Origin: an uncultured Clostridia bacterium
GTDB lineage: Bacteria > Bacillota > Clostridia > Christensenellales > JAWKQI01
DNA: 64,000 nt
Reading direction: 5' to 3'
NCBI GenBank assembly: GCA_964453645.1
Contig: CAYVRJ010000002.1
Span: 25,583-89,582, forward strand
In this document: positions 58,537 through 64,000 of the stretch, piece after piece
Numbering within the stretch: the first letter of the stretch is position 1
Layout of the letters: every line of letters begins with the position of its first letter
The notes under the pieces: model-generated
What the model was told of the DNA's origin: nothing
The model's input: only the letters and a program-made list of their open reading frames with translations
The model's database searches: none
Made by a program: the position numbers and the translations under genes

Positions 58537-59750
58537 TGCTCAGCAATCGATGTGTGGTATTGGGGATCACGGGAGGAATAGCCGTCTACAAAGTCGGCTA
58601 TCTTATTAGTCTTTTAAAAAAATCTGGGTGTCACGTTCACGTCATCATGACCAAAAATGCCTGTGAATTTGTCACACCCAAGACATTTGAAGTGCTCACC
58701 GGAAACCCCGTTGTACTGGACACATTTGAGAGAAATCAGGCCTTTGACGTGGAACACGTTTCGTTGGCAAAGGCAGCAGATTTGTTCATCGTTGCCCCTG
58801 CCACAGCCAACTTTTTAGCAAAGGCGGCACGCGGCATTGCCGATGACATGCTGACAACCACTTACCTTGCGGCCAAGTGCCCAAAAATCATTGCTCCCGC
58901 CATGAATACGCAAATGTTCGTGGATTCAACGGTTGCGCGTAATATTGCAACGTTACAACAAGATGGGGTATACGTAATGGACGTGGGTTCAGGTGTGCTG
59001 GCCTGCGGAGATGTGGGAGAGGGGCGCATGAGGGAACCCCAAGAAATTTTTGAGTACGCAGTGGATGTATTTAAGCAGGCAAACGATTTGGCAGGTCTTA
59101 AACTACTAATCACTGCCGGTCCAACCAGAGAGTATTTTGACCCCATTCGCTATATTACAAGCCCCTCCAGCGGCAAGATGGGTTATGAAATTGCAAGTAT
59201 AGCAGCTAATCGGGGTGGAGACGTTGTGTTAATCTCCGGGCCTGTTGCCATTACACCTCCGAAAAACGTTTGTTTTGTTCAAGTCACCTCCGCACAGGAG
59301 ATGTATGAGGAATGTATCAAGCGATACGATGGCATGGATATTGTCATCAAAACAGCAGCAGTATCCGATTACACCCCTGTTGATGTATTTACAACTAAAC
59401 AAAAAAAGGGGGAGGGTAATATATCCATTGAGCTAACCCGAACCAAAGATATCCTCTTAGAACTGGGAAAGCGCAAGCAAAATCAAGTGCTCATTGGTTT
59501 TGCAGCAGAGACAGACAACATTGAAGCATATGCAAGAGAGAAACTTTGTGCAAAGAATGCTGATTTAATTTGTGCCAACGATGTATCAAAACCGCAGGTG
59601 GGTTTTGAATTCGACACCAACCACATCGTTTTATATCCTAAACATGCAGATCCCATTGATTTGGGATTCAAATCAAAAAAAGAATGTGCGCAGGCAATTG
59701 TAGACAAAGCCTGTGAATTATATCAAGCAAAAGTATGTTCGCACGTGTAA
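58536..59750 (+). CDS. coaBC: Bifunctional phosphopantothenoylcysteine decarboxylase/synthetase
   Basis: Flavoprotein N-terminal domain (GITGGIAVYK) and a DFP C-terminal domain (ITAGPT.E.IDP.R.I.N.SSGKMG). TAATG overlap with rpoZ. Confidence 0.95.
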   Translation: MLSNRCVVLGITGGIAVYKVGYLISLLKKSGCHVHVIMTKNACEFVTPKTFEVLTGNPVVLDTFERNQAFDVEHVSLAKAADLFIVAPATANFLAKAARGIADDMLTTTYLAAKCPKIIAPAMNTQMFVDSTVARNIATLQQDGVYVMDVGSGVLACGDVGEGRMREPQEIFEYAVDVFKQANDLAGLKLLITAGPTREYFDPIRYITSPSSGKMGYEIASIAANRGGDVVLISGPVAITPPKNVCFVQVTSAQEMYEECIKRYDGMDIVIKTAAVSDYTPVDVFTTKQKKGEGNISIELTRTKDILLELGKRKQNQVLIGFAAETDNIEAYAREKLCAKNADLICANDVSKPQVGFEFDTNHIVLYPKHADPIDLGFKSKKECAQAIVDKACELYQAKVCSHV

Positions 59751-61909
59751 TCATCGATATCCCCCACTCTAAGGTGGACAGGCAGTTCGAGTACGCCCTT
59801 CCCGAGGGTCTTTTTGTCCCTGTGGGGATGAGGGTGATGGTGCCCTTTGGCAATGGGTCGAAGAAGATGCAGGGATATGTGGTTGCACTGACAGACCGTG
59901 TCGATTACGACATCTCAAAGATTAAGCCCATCCTTTCAACCATAGACGAATTTCCCGTTCTCACAAGTGAACAAATTACCCTAGCGGAACACATTGCAAG
60001 AGAACAGCACATCACCATGTGCAGCGTACTACGGGCCATGTTTCCCAGCGAGCTGAGACGGGGGGAAGTGAAAGCTAAAACAAAAAAGATACTGTCCCTC
60101 AATAAAGAATGTATCCACACAATTAAAAAAACACCCAACACACTCAAATTGCTGGATTGCTTTGAAAACAGTCCGCAAATTGAGTATTTGAGTTTGCCTG
60201 AAAACTTGCGTGCAACGGCAAAGCGAGGCATTGCTTCGGGTTGGATCTGTGGAACCATTAAAGAGGATTTTAGAAATCCTGTTTCTTTGGCTGGTGAGGG
60301 AGTTCACATCCAACTAACGGCGCAGCAAGAGCACTGTCTAAACAGTGTGGATATGGACAACGATCAGGGGTATTTGCTGTTTGGTGTGACGGGTTCGGGT
60401 AAGACCGAAGTATATGCCAAACTCATCAACAAAGTCCTGGAAAATGGAAAAACGGCAGTCCTTATGGTACCCGAAATCTCTCTAACCCCCCAACTGCTCC
60501 ACATGATTAAATCTCGGGTTCATGCACAGGTTGCAGTGCTACACAGCGGCTTGTCCTCGGGGGAGCGGTACGACGAGTGGCGAAGAATCGCTTTGGGGGA
60601 AGCAAAGGTTGTTGTGGGTGCTCGTTCGGCTGTGTTTGCGCCTTTGTCAAACATTGGAATCATGATCATAGACGAGGAGCATGAACTCAGCTACAAATCT
60701 GAACAAACCCCAAAGTATTTAACCCATGATATCGTTCAAAAGCGGTGCGAGATGTGGAATTGCCCCTATATTTTCGGCAGTGCCACTCCTTCCATTGAGA
60801 GTTTTCACAGTGCTCGAAAGGGTGAACTCAAACTGCTCACCCTCAAGAACAGAATCAACGATCTGCCCCTGCCCCAAATAATCGTGGCGGATATGCGGGA
60901 GGAGTTGGCGCTGGGTAACAGAACCATGTTTTCGGCAGAGCTGTACGATCAACTCCGGCAAACCTTAAACATGGGCAAACAGGCAATGTTGTTTATCAAC
61001 AGGCGGGGGCACTCCAACTTTGTGATGTGCCGGGGGTGTGGTTATACGGAGTATTGTGACAGTTGTTCGGTGACTATGACCTATCACTCAAAGTCCAATC
61101 TGCTCAAATGCCACTATTGCGGGCGAACGAAGCAGGTGACAAAAATTTGTCCCCAGTGCACCAAACCCTATTTAAAGCACTTTGGCATTGGAACCCAGAG
61201 AGTAGAAGAGGAAGTTTTAAAAGAATTTCCGGGGGTCAGAGTCATCCGCATGGATTTTGATACAGTGAGGAAAAAGGATTCACATTTAAAGATTTACAGT
61301 GACTTTGCAAACAATCGGGCAGACATCCTCATTGGCACCCAAATGATTGCCAAGGGATTTAATTTTGATAATTTAAGATTGGTTGGGGTGATTGCAGCAG
61401 ATATGTCCCTAAAAGTGCCCGACTACCGAAGCTCTTTTCGCACGTACTCCCTATTAGAGCAAGTTTCGGGGAGAGCAGGGCGCAAGGGAGAGGGGGTTGT
61501 GGTGGTGCAGACCTATAACCCCCAGCACTTTTCTATCCTCCGTGCAAAAAATCACGACTATATTGGTTTCTACGAAGAAGAGATTGTGAGCAGACAGGCG
61601 TGCTGCTTGCCCCCCTTTGGAACCTTTTACCGCATACTTTTTTCGGGAGAAGATGAACAAAAGCTTGTATTGAGCGCCACAGATTTGTATAATAAACTTA
61701 AAATAGGTTTGAAACCGTATTATAACGAAATATTTATTTTTACCCACGGTTATTCACCCGTGGCGAAGATTGATAATAAAATAAGGTATCAGATATTGTT
61801 AAAAACGGGTGTGAACAGAGCAATGCATCGACAATTGCTCGACACCCTTGATCATAGTGAATACGATGTGCTTGTTAATTTTGAAGTGAATCCGAGTAGC
61901 ATGTTTTAG
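59735..61909 (+). CDS. priA: Primosomal protein N' (PriA helicase)
   Basis: Walker A GVTGSGKTEVY, DEEH box, and the Cys4-Cys4 zinc module (CRGCG...C..C..). Confidence 0.95.
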   Translation: MFARVIIDIPHSKVDRQFEYALPEGLFVPVGMRVMVPFGNGSKKMQGYVVALTDRVDYDISKIKPILSTIDEFPVLTSEQITLAEHIAREQHITMCSVLRAMFPSELRRGEVKAKTKKILSLNKECIHTIKKTPNTLKLLDCFENSPQIEYLSLPENLRATAKRGIASGWICGTIKEDFRNPVSLAGEGVHIQLTAQQEHCLNSVDMDNDQGYLLFGVTGSGKTEVYAKLINKVLENGKTAVLMVPEISLTPQLLHMIKSRVHAQVAVLHSGLSSGERYDEWRRIALGEAKVVVGARSAVFAPLSNIGIMIIDEEHELSYKSEQTPKYLTHDIVQKRCEMWNCPYIFGSATPSIESFHSARKGELKLLTLKNRINDLPLPQIIVADMREELALGNRTMFSAELYDQLRQTLNMGKQAMLFINRRGHSNFVMCRGCGYTEYCDSCSVTMTYHSKSNLLKCHYCGRTKQVTKICPQCTKPYLKHFGIGTQRVEEEVLKEFPGVRVIRMDFDTVRKKDSHLKIYSDFANNRADILIGTQMIAKGFNFDNLRLVGVIAADMSLKVPDYRSSFRTYSLLEQVSGRAGRKGEGVVVVQTYNPQHFSILRAKNHDYIGFYEEEIVSRQACCLPPFGTFYRILFSGEDEQKLVLSATDLYNKLKIGLKPYYNEIFIFTHGYSPVAKIDNKIRYQILLKTGVNRAMHRQLLDTLDHSEYDVLVNFEVNPSSMF

Positions 61910-61922
61910 AAAGAGGATGTAT

Positions 61923-62378
61923 ATGGCTTTAAGAAATATTTTAAAAGGTTCTAACAATGATCGGTTGCGCAAGGTGTCTAAGGAGGTTAAGGAGATCGAC
62001 AATCGAATTATCCAACTGCTGGACGATATGCACGAAACCTTGAAAAAGGCCGAGGGGGTTGGATTGGCTGCACCGCAGATCGGCGTTCTTCGCCGGGTTG
62101 CTGTGATACATATTGAAGATGAAGTAATTGAATTGATTAATCCTGTGATTATAGAAGAATTTGGCGAACAGTTTGAAGAAGAAGGGTGTTTGAGTTTACC
62201 CAACCGGTGGGGAAAGGTGGTTCGTCCAGCTAAGGTTGTTGTAGAGGCGTTTAACCGGGAGGGTGATCTAATGCAATACGAAGCAGAAGACCTTTTGTGC
62301 AGGGCCTTTTGCCACGAAATAGACCATCTCAACGGTGTACTCTTTGCAGACATTATGTTAGAGGAAGTGCACAAATGA
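61923..62378 (+). CDS. def: Peptide deformylase
   Basis: GVGLAAPQ, EGCLS and HE.DH motifs. The ATG at 61923 (MALRNI) is better spaced from AAGAGGA than the ATG at 61917. Confidence 0.95.
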   Translation: MALRNILKGSNNDRLRKVSKEVKEIDNRIIQLLDDMHETLKKAEGVGLAAPQIGVLRRVAVIHIEDEVIELINPVIIEEFGEQFEEEGCLSLPNRWGKVVRPAKVVVEAFNREGDLMQYEAEDLLCRAFCHEIDHLNGVLFADIMLEEVHK

Positions 62379-63298
62379 GAATTGTTTTTCTGGGTACACC
62401 GGAGTTTGCCTGCCCAGCGCTCAGAGCCTTGTGTGACAACGGTTATGACGTTTGTGCTGTGTTTACTCAACCCGACAGGCCGAAAAATCGGGGGCATAAG
62501 TTAACGCCCCCACCAGTTAAAGTGTTGGCACAAGAGCGAAACATTCCGGTGTATCAATATGAAAAAATAAAGAGCAGTGAAGCAGTTGCAGAACTTCGCC
62601 AAATTGCTCCCGATTTGGTTATTACTTGTGCGTTTGGACAGCTTTTGTCACAAGAAAATTTGGATATCCCCCCTATGGGCACCATTAATGTCCACGCTTC
62701 TCTCCTGCCCAAGTATAGGGGTGCTGCGCCCATCGAGTGGTGTATTATCAACGGCGAAACAAAGACGGGCATTACAACCATGTTTACCGATATCGGATTG
62801 GATACGGGAGATATGCTTTTAAAAGGGGAACTGAGTATTCAACCCAATGAAACGGCGGGGGAACTCTCCCAACGGTTGTCCCTACTGGGCGCAACAGTGT
62901 TAATAGATACGCTTAAGAATTTAAAGGACATACAACCTCTCCCCCAAGATGAAGAAGAGTCCAGCTATTATCCAATGCTTTGCAAAGAACTTGGCAAAAT
63001 ACAGTTTCATGTTTCGGCCAAGGAGATTATCAATAAAATAAGGGGGCTGAACGGCTCCAGTTTTAATGCCTATGCAGTAAAAGGGGAAGACAAAATCAAA
63101 CTCTTTTTAGCAGAAGCGTGCACCCAAAGGGGAAATGCAGGAGAAATTCTCTTGGCAAACCCTAGGGACGGTTTGGTTGTTGGGTGTGCAGATGGTTCTG
63201 TTCGGTTAAAAAAGCTGCAATTGCCGGGGGGCAAACCTTTAAACGACACGGATTTATTGAGAGGTCATTCCTTTATGGTTGGAGAAAACTTTGAGTAG
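62375..63298 (+). CDS. fmt: Methionyl-tRNA formyltransferase
   Basis: MRIVFLGTPEFA, NVHASLLPKYRGAAPI. ATGA overlap with def. Confidence 0.95.
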   Translation: MRIVFLGTPEFACPALRALCDNGYDVCAVFTQPDRPKNRGHKLTPPPVKVLAQERNIPVYQYEKIKSSEAVAELRQIAPDLVITCAFGQLLSQENLDIPPMGTINVHASLLPKYRGAAPIEWCIINGETKTGITTMFTDIGLDTGDMLLKGELSIQPNETAGELSQRLSLLGATVLIDTLKNLKDIQPLPQDEEESSYYPMLCKELGKIQFHVSAKEIINKIRGLNGSSFNAYAVKGEDKIKLFLAEACTQRGNAGEILLANPRDGLVVGCADGSVRLKKLQLPGGKPLNDTDLLRGHSFMVGENFE

Positions 63299-64000
63299 AC
63301 TGTGTGCCTTAAATATGCTCTGCGAGGTGGTAGACGGCAACGCCTATCTGAACCTAAGTGCCAAGAAACATTTGGAGCACTTATCGCAACAGGATAAAAA
63401 CTTTGCATACTCGTTGTGTGCCTTAACCGTTGAAAACCTTACGTCCATCGACAATGTTTTAAAACCCTATATCAGCAGCGCAAAGCGGGTCAATGGCAAA
63501 GTAAAAAATGTGCTCCGGTTATCCGTATGCCAAATGTTTTTAATGAACGTTCCCCTGCACACAGCGGTAAACGAAGGCACAAAGCTGTGTAAGGCCTGCG
63601 GCAAGGGTGCGTTGTCGGGGTTTGTAAACGGAGTGCTTAGAAATATAACACGAGATTATAATCAACTTTCCATTGTAAAAACACACCCGGATTGGTTAAA
63701 ACAACTGCTCATCGCCCAGTGGGGCGAGAGTTTGACAAATGAATTCTTAAACTATGAGTACGACAACAGTATTACCGAAATTCGGGTCAATACCCTAAAA
63801 TCTAGTGTGGAAGCCCTATCAGCCCATTTTCAAGTTGAAGATGTGCAGGGAGATATTTTAGCGGTTAGAAATATTGTAGACGTTGCAAACGATTCTTTTT
63901 ATAAAAAAGGCGACTACACGCCTATGGGTTTAGCTTCGGCTATTGCCGTGAAAAGTGTGTACGACGGCGAACTGTCGGTATTAGATTTGTGCTGCGCCCC
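63291..64000 (+). CDS. rsmB: 16S rRNA (cytosine967-C5)-methyltransferase, N-terminal part (runs off the window)
   Basis: Hand-translated from the TTG at 63291 (GGAG RBS): MSRLCALNMLCEVVDGNAYLNL...VNEGTKL...GFVNGVLRNI is a NusB-like RsmB N-terminal domain. Conserved fmt-rsmB order. Confidence 0.75.
   Translation, partial: MSRLCALNMLCEVVDGNAYLNLSAKKHLEHLSQQDKNFAYSLCALTVENLTSIDNVLKPYISSAKRVNGKVKNVLRLSVCQMFLMNVPLHTAVNEGTKLCKACGKGALSGFVNGVLRNITRDYNQLSIVKTHPDWLKQLLIAQWGESLTNEFLNYEYDNSITEIRVNTLKSSVEALSAHFQVEDVQGDILAVRNIVDVANDSFYKKGDYTPMGLASAIAVKSVYDGELSVLDLCCA

Noticed and set aside
61799-62497. 232-aa minus-strand ORF spanning the priA end, all of def and the fmt start
   Set aside because: It is a shadow ORF opposite three well-supported core genes. 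It has no RBS and a nonsense-like composition. The same reasoning applies to 53275-53883 (pfkA), 54954-55532 (yloV-like), 57731-58282 (gmk), 47880-48341 and 46977-47330 (groEL), and 50481-51010 (dnaE).

Overview
This 64-kb window looks like a Gram-positive, Clostridia-like Firmicutes chromosome. Evidence is strong GGAGG ribosome-binding sites, frequent TTG/GTG starts, TAATG/ATGA translational coupling, a perfect CIRCE operator before groES-groEL, and typical Firmicutes gene order. I found no rRNA, tRNA, CRISPR array, transposase or integrase.

The left ~28 kb is accessory and regulatory. It holds: a YbjQ-like protein; a membrane-anchored beta-lactamase-family hydrolase; a MerR regulator with a flavodoxin/ferredoxin gene; a 941-aa Ser/Thr kinase followed by surface lipoproteins; a Crp/Fnr regulator with a 4Fe-4S protein; an AgrC/VirS-like histidine kinase with a LytTR response regulator; a mixed minus-strand gene cluster; a TetR-headed locus with two paralogous ABC-2 exporter cassettes around a methyltransferase and a nitroreductase; and a P-type Ca2+-ATPase.

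The right ~36 kb is mostly core: ftsK-rimO-pgsA-recA, asnA-asnS, pyk, groESL, dnaE, pfkA, and yloU-yloV-yicC-remA-gmk-rpoZ-coaBC-priA-def-fmt-rsmB. Inserted into it are a YesN/YesM-type two-component locus with a degenerate GH2-like gene, an ECF sigma module, a RelE/ParE toxin-antitoxin pair coupled to dnaE, and a TRAP (MtrB) homologue.

The most interesting candidate is a duplicated 35-bp promoter box carrying 21-bp-phased TTCACAA direct repeats. It sits in front of the kinase operon and the PDZ-lipoprotein gene, and a degenerate copy lies upstream of the nearby LytTR two-component operon. This suggests an undescribed LytTR-to-Ser/Thr-kinase surface-sensing regulon, but the regulator assignment is inference.

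Other leads are a hidden 35-codon lipoprotein-type ORF between recA and asnA, an orphan promoter-to-terminator unit (possible sRNA), and several unexplained inverted repeats. All functional calls come from reading the translations and motifs by eye. No database search was run.
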